DNA of 64,000 nucleotides from an uncultured Pseudomonadota bacterium (GTDB lineage Bacteria; Babelota; Babeliae; Babelales; RVW-14): NCBI GenBank assembly GCA_964527595.1, contig CAZGPI010000001.1, positions 145,145 to 209,144 of the forward strand, read 5' to 3'. Shown piece by piece: positions 55,084 to 64,000 of this stretch (position 1 is its first letter; each line of letters starts with the position of its first letter). The notes under the pieces were generated by a model. It saw only the letters and a program-made list of their open reading frames with translations, ran no database searches and was not told where the DNA came from. The position numbers and the translations under genes were made by a program.

Positions 55084-57462
55084 TTAAACTTTCTTTTGTT
55101 CATTAGACGTTTGGCCATTATTGAGGGCCATTGCCTTCTTTAAATCTGATAATGAAATACTACCATTCCCCTTAGTGACCTTTTCCTGCAAAGCAATCCG
55201 CACCATTTCTTGCTTGATCGCTTTTTTAAACTCGTCTGGCGCATTGATTTTAAGTAACTCGGTTAAATATACTTGCGCCTGGTCAAATTTTTGCATCTTT
55301 TCTAAACAAACAGCGACCCTAAAAAACGATTGCGGTAATGGCTTAGGCAATGAAGTAATTTTCTTAAATAATTCATGTGCCTTGGCATAATCTTTTTTCG
55401 TTAACCATGTTTCGGCAAGATTATACATGTAACGCCCATCCAATGGATTATCGCGTATCAATTTTACATAAATTGACTCTGCCTTATCATAACTACCGAG
55501 CATGTAATGAGCATTAGCAAGCCCAAACCAAACTTGGTCATTACTGCACCCGCGCTCAACAACTTGCTCAAACGCACTAACCGCTTCTGGATATTTTTTA
55601 AGACGCATACTCATTTGAGCGAAAGTAAAGAATCCGTCTGGTGTATCCAAATCACTTTCAACCGCCTTTTTAAAATAATTCCACGCAGTCTCTTGCTGAT
55701 TTTTTTCTAAATACAAACGGCCAAGATTGTAATATGCCTTGCCATAATATGGTCGTAATTGTATCGCTGAAGCTAACATGCGTTCTGCTTCGTCATACTG
55801 TTTTTTCTTGATAAGTAAGGTACCTAAGTTGTTATAGGCTTCAGGGTAATTTGGGCATATATTTAAAGCCATTTTCAACGAATCGATTGCCTTATCGACT
55901 TCATCTTTCAAACAATAAGCTACCGCAATGTTACTTAATGGATCAGAGTAGTGGGTATCGAGTTTAATTGCCTGAGTATATGCTTTGATCGACTCATCAA
56001 TGCGTCCAGCTTCGTTAAGCGCAACGCCGTAATTATTGTGCACGCGTGCCTTTAAGGGTGCGTGTTCCGAATTATACTGCCAAAAAGCAACGCTCGTTTC
56101 CCAAATCTTATTGTGCATCATCGCAGCAAATCCGACCGGTAAAAAGAAAAGTACAATCACGGCCAAATTCACATTACGTAAAAGCATTCTTTTTGTAATC
56201 GTCGGCGCAAAAGAAACCACAAAGTCAACAAGCTTTATTGCTCCAAATACGATAGCTATAGCCAAAACAAATAGCCACCCGATCGAGGCCAAATAGGTCT
56301 TATAGTCACAAACAAGTTCTGGCGAAGGAATAATGCTCGACCGCGGAGCAACACAAATCAAAAACCAAAAAAGGCCAAATACTACGGACGAATAAATTTT
56401 CCTGAATGTGGCATAAATTGCCCAGCCATAGATAATGGCCAAAACAGTAAAAGGAGCAAATGACTCAAGTGAAAAAAAACTTGGAGCTAGGCGCCAGTCA
56501 TATTCAACACTTGCACCGAAAGGCCAAATAAACATCCAAAGATAGTGAATAATAACCTTAAATTCAGAAATCAAAAATTGATATGGTGTTATGGCATCAT
56601 AGGCATTTGGTGTCAGAATATTGCCACGATTGTTTCCAGAAACACTTTTAAGCGTCACAACATCAACAGCAAAACCGGTCGACAAATAATGTAACGCAAG
56701 GCCGAAAAAGTACACGTCAAATAACAAATGGACCCATAAGCGACGCTTTAAATCGCTCCAATTCATCTGAGCGATAAAAAACCAATCAACCAAAAGGAAT
56801 AAAAACGGCGTTACAATAACAATTTCTTTTGTCCCCCAAGCCAATAGGCCAAGAACAAACAAAAGTCCCATGCATAAATATCTTACAATTGCTCGTGGAG
56901 CAATTGCCGCATGAACAAAACAAAGCACTAATGCAACAACTAAAAGACTTGCAAGCCCTTCAATGCGAGCCTGAATAACATAAGAGACGGTTTGAGTTTG
57001 GATCGGGTGCAGTAAAAATAGGGCCGCTGTAACAAAGCCAATAAGCGTTGCATTATTGTAAAAAAAAGGCTGATTTTTCAAGCGTCGGCACAAGGTCTGT
57101 ATTAGATAGAATACAAGCAACCCAGCAATAATATGAATGGCTAAATTAACAACGCGATAATAAAGCGAATCAAACTTACCAACAATATAATTGAGTCGAT
57201 TTAACAAGTCGCCCAACCAGCGTGAACTACTCCACCAGCGCGCGAGCGGATTATCAAATCTTATGTAAAATTTCTTGGAAATATTTGCCACATCATCAAA
57301 TTGAAACGGATATCGAAGTGATGGTAGATAAAACAGCGTCGTCAATAACGCTAATATCGAGGGGGGAACCAACTTTTGCCACCAAGCAGAATGCTCAGCA
57401 GCTCCAAAATCGCAAGCGGCTCGCGTCCCACGGGTCGGCAAGCTTTTATCATGCGTGTTCAT
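55084..57462 (-). CDS. TMTC-like GT-C-type membrane protein with C-terminal TPR array (paralog 2)
   Basis: 'LRYPFQFDDVANISKK', more than 10 TMs, and TPRs ('VHNNYGVALNEAGRIDESIKAYTQAIKLD...'). Confidence 0.7.
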   Translation of the reverse strand: MNTHDKSLPTRGTRAACDFGAAEHSAWWQKLVPPSILALLTTLFYLPSLRYPFQFDDVANISKKFYIRFDNPLARWWSSSRWLGDLLNRLNYIVGKFDSLYYRVVNLAIHIIAGLLVFYLIQTLCRRLKNQPFFYNNATLIGFVTAALFLLHPIQTQTVSYVIQARIEGLASLLVVALVLCFVHAAIAPRAIVRYLCMGLLFVLGLLAWGTKEIVIVTPFLFLLVDWFFIAQMNWSDLKRRLWVHLLFDVYFFGLALHYLSTGFAVDVVTLKSVSGNNRGNILTPNAYDAITPYQFLISEFKVIIHYLWMFIWPFGASVEYDWRLAPSFFSLESFAPFTVLAIIYGWAIYATFRKIYSSVVFGLFWFLICVAPRSSIIPSPELVCDYKTYLASIGWLFVLAIAIVFGAIKLVDFVVSFAPTITKRMLLRNVNLAVIVLFFLPVGFAAMMHNKIWETSVAFWQYNSEHAPLKARVHNNYGVALNEAGRIDESIKAYTQAIKLDTHYSDPLSNIAVAYCLKDEVDKAIDSLKMALNICPNYPEAYNNLGTLLIKKKQYDEAERMLASAIQLRPYYGKAYYNLGRLYLEKNQQETAWNYFKKAVESDLDTPDGFFTFAQMSMRLKKYPEAVSAFEQVVERGCSNDQVWFGLANAHYMLGSYDKAESIYVKLIRDNPLDGRYMYNLAETWLTKKDYAKAHELFKKITSLPKPLPQSFFRVAVCLEKMQKFDQAQVYLTELLKINAPDEFKKAIKQEMVRIALQEKVTKGNGSISLSDLKKAMALNNGQTSNEQKKV

Positions 57463-57672
57463 CGTTTTCTCCTTTTTATAAAACTCGGAATGAATGCATA
57501 GCTATTGCAAATTTTACTCCAAAATACAGATATGTCGAATAAAAAAACGGGGTCTTGCTGCGCTGATTTGACCAGCCTATGAATATACCCTATGCTTAAA
57601 GAATGATGATGATTTTAATCAATAGTTTAAAGTACAAACCACGCTTACCATAAGAATAAATAAGGTATCGCT

Positions 57673-58392
57673 ATGATGTCGCCAAGGATTCTTGCATTGC
57701 TTAATCAAATAGCTATTTTATTTCCCGTCCTTCTTGTTGTATTTACCTTCAAGGGATTTATTCAAGCCTTAACGGCAAAATACATGGGTGACGACACCGC
57801 CGAACAAGACGGCTTTTTAACGCTAAATCCGCTTGCACACATCGACCTCTTTGGTCTTTCAATCGTTCTTTTTGGTTATCTTATAATCGGGTTTGTTTTT
57901 ACGGACCAACTCCCCAGCAACATGTTTTTTGTTATTTTGGTTACCTTTGGCGCCCGAATGATTATCCCGGTTCCGGTTGAAGATAGAAATTTTAAAAACT
58001 TTAAATTGGGCGGCATTATCACGTCATTATCTGGCAGCATTGGAAATTTCATCTTAGCGATAATCGCAATATTGCTTTTCAAATGCTTGGGCTTATTTTC
58101 CATGCCAAATTACATACTTATTAGTACGATGGAAGTCATTACCAAAATGCTCGACATTACGATTCTCTTTGGAATCCTCAACCTTATCCCCCTGCCTCCT
58201 TTTGATGGCGGAAGAATATTGCGTTATATCATTCCCGAATCGCATCAACACATTGTCGCTTGGCTTGAAGAGTACTCCTTGTTTATATTTCTTTTTCTTT
58301 TCGTTGCCCCTGGTATCAGCGATGGCTTTTTTGCTATGCTTTCAGTAGCAAGCATAAGTATTAAAAGGCTATTGGTTACTTTCCTATTATAA
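57673..58392 (+). CDS. Site-2 protease (M50)-family paralog lacking the HExxH motif (probable pseudoprotease)
   Basis: Aligns with the next ORF but has 'FKGFIQALTA' where that ORF has '[10 protein letters not shown]'. Retains 'NLIPLPPFDGG'. Confidence 0.65.
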   Translation: MMSPRILALLNQIAILFPVLLVVFTFKGFIQALTAKYMGDDTAEQDGFLTLNPLAHIDLFGLSIVLFGYLIIGFVFTDQLPSNMFFVILVTFGARMIIPVPVEDRNFKNFKLGGIITSLSGSIGNFILAIIAILLFKCLGLFSMPNYILISTMEVITKMLDITILFGILNLIPLPPFDGGRILRYIIPESHQHIVAWLEEYSLFIFLFLFVAPGISDGFFAMLSVASISIKRLLVTFLL

Positions 58393-58411
58393 CAAAGCAA
58401 GGATTTAGGCT

Positions 58412-59044
58412 ATGAATCCATCAATTAGTCGGTCATTAGCAGATGCAGCAATTATGCTGCCCGCATTCTTGGCAGCCTTATCATTCCACGAATTTTCTCA
58501 TGCGCTAGCGGCAACACTTTTAGGCGACCCAACACCTAAACGGCTTGGACGGCTTACCTTAAATCCAGCGGCTCATATAGATTGGATGGGTCTTATTTTT
58601 TTGCTTATTTTTAGAATTGGCTGGGCAAAACCGGTTCTCTTTGATAATCGCAACTTCAAACACCCACGATTCTATGCCGTTATTACTGCACTTGCTGGAC
58701 CACTAGCCAATTTTGTTCTCGCTCTTATTTCATTATATGTTCTCAAATATGTACCATTTTTAGGCCTATCGGCAATAGCCACACTAACCATCGCTCAAAT
58801 TTTTCAGGCAATAATGTATGTCAATATTATGCTTGGCGTATTCAATCTATTGCCTATCCCACCGTTAGATGGTAGCCACATTATCATGGTTTTTTTGGCG
58901 GACAAATATCCGCACATTATCTCCTGGTTTTATCGCTACTCAATTTTTATTTTATTATTACTTTTTCTTCTCCCACAAACACATATGGTTTTTGTTTATT
59001 TGATCATGATTGCTGAAGCGATACTAAAAAGTTTAGTTTTTTAA
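58412..59044 (+). CDS. Site-2 protease family zinc metalloprotease (M50)
   Basis: 'HEFSHALAA' (HExxH) and '[12 protein letters not shown]' in a polytopic membrane protein. Confidence 0.8.
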   Translation: MNPSISRSLADAAIMLPAFLAALSFHEFSHALAATLLGDPTPKRLGRLTLNPAAHIDWMGLIFLLIFRIGWAKPVLFDNRNFKHPRFYAVITALAGPLANFVLALISLYVLKYVPFLGLSAIATLTIAQIFQAIMYVNIMLGVFNLLPIPPLDGSHIIMVFLADKYPHIISWFYRYSIFILLLLFLLPQTHMVFVYLIMIAEAILKSLVF

Positions 59045-59054
59045 AGGGTATAAA

Positions 59055-60254
59055 ATGAATTCAAATGTCACCGAATCATTAAAGCTAATCAAAAATGGCA
59101 CGGTTCAAATTGTCCCTGAAGCCGATTTGATAAAAAAACTTGAACGCGGCAATCCTTTACGCATCAAATTGGGCATGGACCCAACGGCGCCAGACCTTCA
59201 CCTTGGGCACGCCGTTGTTTTAAGCAAAATGCGCCAATTTCAAGATCTTGGGCATGAAGTCGTTTTCCTTATTGGCGATTATACAACACGCATCGGCGAC
59301 CCAACGGGTCGCAGCAAAACCCGTCCGCCATTAAGCGAAGATGAAATTAAGCAAAACGCGAAAACCTATTTTGAACAAGTAAGCAAAATTCTTGATCCAC
59401 AAAAAACAGTTGTTCGGTATAATTCTGAATGGCTATCAAAGCTCACCTTTGCCGACGTATTACAACTTGCCGGCAAAGTGACCTTGGCCCGACTCATCGA
59501 ACGCGAAGATTTTCAAAAACGATTATCCGAAAATATTTCGGTCGGATTTCACGAACTTTTATATCCACTTATGCAGGGGTACGATTCTGTTGCCCTAAAA
59601 GCTGACGTCGAGCTCGGCGGCACCGACCAAACGTTCAATCTCCTTATGGGCCGTTTTTTACAAGAACAATACGGGCAAGAACCGCAAGTCATTTTGACTA
59701 TGCCATTACTTGAAGGCCTTGATGGCGTGCATAAAATGTCCAAAAGTTTAGGCAACTATATCGGGCTCTGGGAAACAGCCGATAACGCATATGGTAAATT
59801 GATGTCCATATCGGACGAACTTATGTGGCGCTATTACCACTTATTACTCAACAAAACAGACGATGAATTAGAAGTTATGAAGCAAGGCGTGGCTAATGGC
59901 ACCCTACACCCCATGACCCTCAAAAAAGATATGGCTACTGGAATCATTGCTCGCTTTTGGTCGACTGAAGATGCAATTAAAGCCAGACAGACCTTTGAAT
60001 CTCTTTTTCAAAAAAAAGACCTATCTCAAGCAACCGAAGTTGAATTACCAGCCGAAACACCTAACAAATTATGGATTGTCGATTTTTTGAAGCATCTGAA
60101 AGCCGTTCAAAGCTCATCAGAGGCCAAGCGGCTTATTGAATCAAAAGCAGTCGAAATTGATGAAAATACAATAACCGACTTTAAAGCTGAAATCACCTGG
60201 CAACCTGGAACAACGATTAAGGTTGGTAAGCATAGATTCTATCGAATTAAGTAA
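59055..60254 (+). CDS. tyrS: Tyrosyl-tRNA synthetase
   Basis: 'PDLHLGHAV' (HIGH), 'KMSKSLGN', and a C-terminal S4-like domain. Confidence 0.95.
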   Translation: MNSNVTESLKLIKNGTVQIVPEADLIKKLERGNPLRIKLGMDPTAPDLHLGHAVVLSKMRQFQDLGHEVVFLIGDYTTRIGDPTGRSKTRPPLSEDEIKQNAKTYFEQVSKILDPQKTVVRYNSEWLSKLTFADVLQLAGKVTLARLIEREDFQKRLSENISVGFHELLYPLMQGYDSVALKADVELGGTDQTFNLLMGRFLQEQYGQEPQVILTMPLLEGLDGVHKMSKSLGNYIGLWETADNAYGKLMSISDELMWRYYHLLLNKTDDELEVMKQGVANGTLHPMTLKKDMATGIIARFWSTEDAIKARQTFESLFQKKDLSQATEVELPAETPNKLWIVDFLKHLKAVQSSSEAKRLIESKAVEIDENTITDFKAEITWQPGTTIKVGKHRFYRIK

Positions 60255-60385
60255 AAAAATTATCCTCCTATTTCCCGCCCATTGCACAAAATCGAACAGC
60301 AAGGCCAATTGACATTTTTAGTGATTCTGATAAGATAATTAACAATTGAAATTAAGACGTATTTTATGTTTTATGGAGGATCATT

Positions 60386-61063
60386 ATGAAATCGAGAATA
60401 GTCGCCAACCTTGTGCTTATTGGTTTAATCGGCATCGGCTCAACAAATGCAATGCAAACCCCACCCGGCTCTCCGCCACCAGAATTTGCAGAAGTTCCTG
60501 GAGCCCCCATTGCTGATCAAGGCATAACCGATTTAATGCGTGCGGCACAAACAGGAAACCTTGAGGCAGCTCAAAACGAACTTGCCTTCTTTCAAACTAA
60601 TGAATATGTTGGCATCTTTCATGATCACGATGCAATACTCGATGCTTACATGAACGAAACTAATATTCACGGTGAAATAGCCTTGATGATTGCCGCCGAG
60701 AACGGACATCTTAATATCGTTGAGCTTATCCTTAAACAATATGCAACCCAAGAAGCCCGAGACATTGCAATTAATCAAACTTATACATATCAAGACGAAA
60801 CGCTTCTCATGCGCGCTGTACAAAATGGATGGGTTGAGATGGTACAACTACTCCTTGAATATCATGCCGATACAACACTCATCAATACCTTGGACCAAAC
60901 GGCAGAAATGATCGCCAAGATCAAAAAAAGTAGAGCCCGATGCTTTACCAACAAAAGAAAGTTTGGACGAATTCTCAAGCTCTTGGTAGCCCACAGAGAA
61001 CGCCGCCTACAACTTGTATTATTAGCTCATGCTTGGGATGAAGAGTCTGACTCTGATGAATGA
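60386..61063 (+). CDS. Secreted ankyrin-repeat protein (full-length copy)
   Basis: Signal peptide 'MKSRIVANLVLIGLIGIGSTNA'. ANK repeats 'GEIALMIAAENGHLNIVELIL' and 'DETLLMRAVQNGWVEMVQLLLEYHADT'. Confidence 0.85.
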   Translation: MKSRIVANLVLIGLIGIGSTNAMQTPPGSPPPEFAEVPGAPIADQGITDLMRAAQTGNLEAAQNELAFFQTNEYVGIFHDHDAILDAYMNETNIHGEIALMIAAENGHLNIVELILKQYATQEARDIAINQTYTYQDETLLMRAVQNGWVEMVQLLLEYHADTTLINTLDQTAEMIAKIKKSRARCFTNKRKFGRILKLLVAHRERRLQLVLLAHAWDEESDSDE

Positions 61064-61336
61064 GCAAGAACCAGCAGCAAGCCGTCAGCTTATTGAGTAA
61101 TTAGCCAACTTAAAAAATAGATTTTAAAGCCCTCAACTATTATCCGTTGGGGGCTTTTCTCTTTTGTCCGATTTGATGGCGAACACCATTCATCCAGCTA
61201 ACTCAAAATCTTTTTCATAAACTCTTGTTTCTTACCCCCCCCCATGATAAATTACAAATAGAATGTGACAATGAAGCTTAAGGTGAGTTTCTTGCTTATG
61301 TTCTCGTTAACAAATTTCTCAAAAAGGAGATTTTTT

Positions 61337-61756
61337 ATGAATAGTTTTATGAAGCAAATGCTCGCGGCTATCGCGTTGCTTGGATTTGCAACATCAGCTC
61401 AAGCTCAAGATAAAGTAAACAAAACCCTCGTGGAAAAGCGAATTTACAATATGACTGACAAATCTGCCAACATCGCGGTAACAACAAAGGATCCTGATGT
61501 TGGCCCAACACCAAGCACGATTACGATTATAATTCCCCCAAGGAAGTATGTATCACTTAAATACCCACCAAAACACATCATCAACGTTAAGTGTAACATT
61601 GAAAATATCTCGGCGATATGGACTAGCGCGCAAATAAATAAGAACTCCATGTTTTCCATACATATTGATCATAATGGAAAACTTTTGCTAACCCAAGAAA
61701 TGGTAAATCTAACTCCCCAACCAGTAGCCTATCTTGATGAAGCCATGCAGTATTAA
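61337..61756 (+). CDS. Small secreted protein, cassette variant 1
   Basis: 'AAGGAG' RBS plus ATG. Signal peptide 'MNSFMKQMLAAIALLGFATSAQA' is identical to variant 2. The mature part differs. Confidence 0.65.
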   Translation: MNSFMKQMLAAIALLGFATSAQAQDKVNKTLVEKRIYNMTDKSANIAVTTKDPDVGPTPSTITIIIPPRKYVSLKYPPKHIINVKCNIENISAIWTSAQINKNSMFSIHIDHNGKLLLTQEMVNLTPQPVAYLDEAMQY

Positions 61757-61821
61757 GCAAACCGGAGATGATTTGCTGCGTAGATGAGTTAAGGCCTCGA
61801 GCCTGAACATTATCAAGTGAT

Positions 61822-61863
61822 AAAGAGATAAAACACATCGACAACGGTGTGTTTTATCTCTTT
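61822..61863 (+). terminator. Cassette terminator hairpin, copy 1
   Basis: 'aaagagataaaacaca-tcgacaacgg-tgtgttttatctcttt', a 16 bp stem. Confidence 0.65.
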
Positions 61864-61916
61864 AAACCTATCCATATTCAATATCCCGGCATAAATTTGA
61901 ATTCTTCTCCGATTTA

Positions 61917-62444
61917 ATGCGTGCGGCACTAACAGGAAACTTTGAGGCAGCTCAAAACGAACTTGCCTTCTTTCAAACTAATGAATATGTTGGCATCTTT
62001 CATGATCACGATGCAATACTCGATGCTTACATGAACGAAACTAATATTCACGGTGAAATAGCCTTGATGATTGCCGCCGAGAACGGACATCTTAATATCG
62101 TTGAGCTTATCCTTAAACAATATGCAACCCAAGAAGCCCGAGACATTGCAATTAATCAAACTTATACATATCAAGACGAAACGCTTCTCATGCGCGCTGT
62201 ACAAAATGGATGGGTTGAGATGGTACAACTACTCCTTGAATATCATGCCGATACAACACTCATCAATACCTTGGACCAAACGGCAGAAATGATCGCCAAG
62301 ATCAAAAAAAGTAGAGCCCGATGCTTTACCAACAAAAGAAAGTTTGGACGAATTCTCAAGCTCTTGGTAGCCCACAGAGAACGCCGCCTACAACTTGTAT
62401 TATTAGCTCATGCTTGGGATGAAGAGTCTGACTCTGATGAATGA
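61917..62444 (+). CDS. 5'-truncated duplicate of the ankyrin-repeat gene (no signal peptide; possibly a gene remnant)
   Basis: Nucleotide sequence from 61909 is near-identical to 60528 onward. The ORF starts at the internal Met that corresponds to 'LMRAAQTG' of the full copy. Confidence 0.5.
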   Translation: MRAALTGNFEAAQNELAFFQTNEYVGIFHDHDAILDAYMNETNIHGEIALMIAAENGHLNIVELILKQYATQEARDIAINQTYTYQDETLLMRAVQNGWVEMVQLLLEYHADTTLINTLDQTAEMIAKIKKSRARCFTNKRKFGRILKLLVAHRERRLQLVLLAHAWDEESDSDE

Positions 62445-62717
62445 GCAAGAACCAGCAGCAAGCCGTCAGCTTATTGAGTAATTAGCCAACTTAAAAAATA
62501 GATTTTAAAGCCCTCAACTATTATCCGTTGGGGGCTTTTCTCTTTTGTCCGATTTGATGGCGAACACCATTCATCCAGCTAACTCAAAATCTTTTTCATA
62601 AACTCTTGTTTCTTACCCCCCCCCATGATAAATTACAAATAGAATGTGACAATGAAGCTTAAGGTGAGTTTCTTGCTTATGTTCTCGTTAACAAATTTCT
62701 CAAAAAGGAGATTTTTT

Positions 62718-63185
62718 ATGAATAGTTTTATGAAGCAAATGCTTGCGGCTATCGCATTGCTTGGATTTGCAACATCGGCTCAGGCTGGATCGAAAAAGTT
62801 TTGTAATCACACAAAAGAGGTATTTACGGTCACCTTAAAAATGACAAATAATAAAGGAACCAAGTCCATTAGTTTTAAGCCAGGTCTCTGCGCTACAATT
62901 GATTACGAAACAGTCAATGCAGAGAACATTAGCTGTGCGAACGAGAATTCTTCTACTGTTTTTACATGGGATCCCAACCAAATAAATAGAAATTTCGTTT
63001 TTTATATAACAAGTACCGGGGTATCCCAAGACAATGGAGAGCAATTAAAAAAAATGGCAGCCATGGCTACGGCTACGCCAGTACCAACTTCACCAAGAGT
63101 TGAACCTTCCTATCCCGAAATGGAAGAAGCCTCACAAACGCCGCAAGCTAGCACAAGTAAAAAAACGACCCTACGTCGCAAGTAA
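62718..63185 (+). CDS. Small secreted protein, cassette variant 2 (possibly continues by frameshift to 63429)
   Basis: Same RBS and signal peptide as 61337. Divergent mature domain with a P/T/Q-rich tail. A +1-frame ORF (63100-63429) continues the same composition. Confidence 0.6.
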   Translation: MNSFMKQMLAAIALLGFATSAQAGSKKFCNHTKEVFTVTLKMTNNKGTKSISFKPGLCATIDYETVNAENISCANENSSTVFTWDPNQINRNFVFYITSTGVSQDNGEQLKKMAAMATATPVPTSPRVEPSYPEMEEASQTPQASTSKKTTLRRK

Positions 63186-63483
63186 AAAGGGACCCTATGG
63201 GCGCAGACCCAATATTGGTAAAGCGGCTCATCAGCAAGTGCAACCAGACCCTGATGCGGGATTGGAAGGATCCTCTCAACAGCCGCAACCTGGCGTAACT
63301 GAACAACCCACTCCTCAGCAAGTACAATCCCAAGACGATCGAAAAAAAATATTAGACGAACTCAAAGCTAATAGATTGAGAGAACAGAAGGCTATGATGG
63401 AAAATCAGCCAAATTTCTTACCCATGTAGAGCTAAATATTAATTTATTGATTAAGGCTTTGAATCTGAACATTATCACGTGTT

Positions 63484-63525
63484 AAAGAGAGAAAACACAT
63501 CGACAACGGTGTGTTTTCTCTCTTT
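63484..63525 (+). terminator. Cassette terminator hairpin, copy 2 (compensatory change)
   Basis: 'aaagagagaaaacaca-tcgacaacgg-tgtgttttctctcttt'. The t>g change in the 5' arm is matched by a>c in the 3' arm relative to copy 1. Confidence 0.65.
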
Positions 63526-63629
63526 AAACCTATCCATATTCAATATCCCGGCATAAATTTGAATTCTTCTGAAGAATCGCTATTCTAATGGGGCATTATA
63601 CAACAATTAACGATTACTTTGGGGGATCT

Positions 63630-64000
63630 ATGAACAATTTACAACGTGTTTTAGGCTATACAAAGCTCTATTGGAAAACACTCTTATTCTCAATCATTTG
63701 CGCCACCCTTTTTGGTATCGTAGCGGCCGTGCCAACCTACTTACTTAAAAGCACTATTGACGACATTTTTATTAAGCGCCATCAACATCTCATTTTGCCA
63801 TTCATTTTGGCCTTTGTGTTGTTCTTTGCCCTTAAGGGGTTGTTCATGTACCTTTCCTCATATTACATGCACTGGGTAGGCAATAAAGTGGTCAATGACT
63901 TACGCCGCGACCTTTTTAGTAAGATCGTGCACCTTCCCATGTCTTTTTTCCAAGGAACAACAACCGGCAAGCTCATGTCCCACTTTCTTAATGACATTCA
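63630..64000 (+). CDS. ABC exporter (MsbA/type I exporter-like), N-terminal TMD; continues beyond window
   Basis: Own translation from the ATG at 63630: 'MNNLQRVLGYTKLYWKTLLFSIICATLFGIVAAVPTYLLKSTIDDIF...LRRDLFSKIVHLPMSFFQGTTTGKLMSHFLNDI', a typical ABC_membrane domain. Confidence 0.75.
   Translation, partial: MNNLQRVLGYTKLYWKTLLFSIICATLFGIVAAVPTYLLKSTIDDIFIKRHQHLILPFILAFVLFFALKGLFMYLSSYYMHWVGNKVVNDLRRDLFSKIVHLPMSFFQGTTTGKLMSHFLNDI

Larger units (their letters stand above)
60528..61908. repeat. Tandem duplication unit 1 (1381 bp)
   Basis: 60528-61405 is near-identical to 61909-62786, and 61789-61908 is highly similar to 63451-63570. The core 61406-61788 is not alignable at the DNA level. 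Confidence 0.9.
61909..63570. repeat. Tandem duplication unit 2 (1662 bp)
   Basis: See unit 1. The junction '...aattcttct|ccgatttaatgcg' at 61908/61909 joins the unit tail to an internal ankyrin-gene position. Confidence 0.9.

Noticed and set aside
60528-63570. Possibility that the direct repeats represent a CRISPR array or an IS element
   Set aside because: There are only two long (more than 1.3 kb) units carrying ordinary genes. No short regular repeat-spacer periodicity, no transposase and no terminal inverted repeats are present. It is a segmental tandem duplication.

Overview
AT-rich chromosomal segment of a diderm bacterium. The taxon is inferred from gene content only, which resembles a protist-associated intracellular lineage such as Dependentiae/TM6-like symbionts. 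Housekeeping genes are present: potC plus 2x potD, 2x lepB, metG, polA, ruvX, trxA, glmM, an lptF/G-like permease, rpmE, tyrS, initiator tRNA-Met, a DEAD-box helicase, a biotin carboxylase and several ABC transporters. They are interleaved with many exported or membrane-anchored proteins carrying eukaryote-like domains. These include two tandem RING1-Rcat (RBR-type) E3-ligase-like proteins that lack the IBR, and an SP-RING/Nse2-like zinc-finger protein. There is also an unmistakable ATAD3-like AAA+ ATPase in a two-gene operon. Ankyrin and pentapeptide repeat proteins, two TMTC-like GT-C/TPR proteins, and a PmtA-like phospholipid methyltransferase complete the set. A compact type IV pilus/T2SS-like cluster is present (PilB/GspE ATPase, PilO-like, PilP-like, secretin). 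Tandem paralogy is pervasive. It includes a mosaic 1.4/1.7 kb tandem cassette at 60.5-63.6 kb, where the flanks are near-identical and the secreted-protein core is strongly diverged. Intergenic regions carry a family of hairpin repeats with conserved TGTCA...TCCATC flanks and covarying stems, twice arranged as MITE-like inverted pairs. No CRISPR array, rRNA, transposase or prophage was seen. All functional calls rest on motif reading of the supplied translations; no database search was possible.
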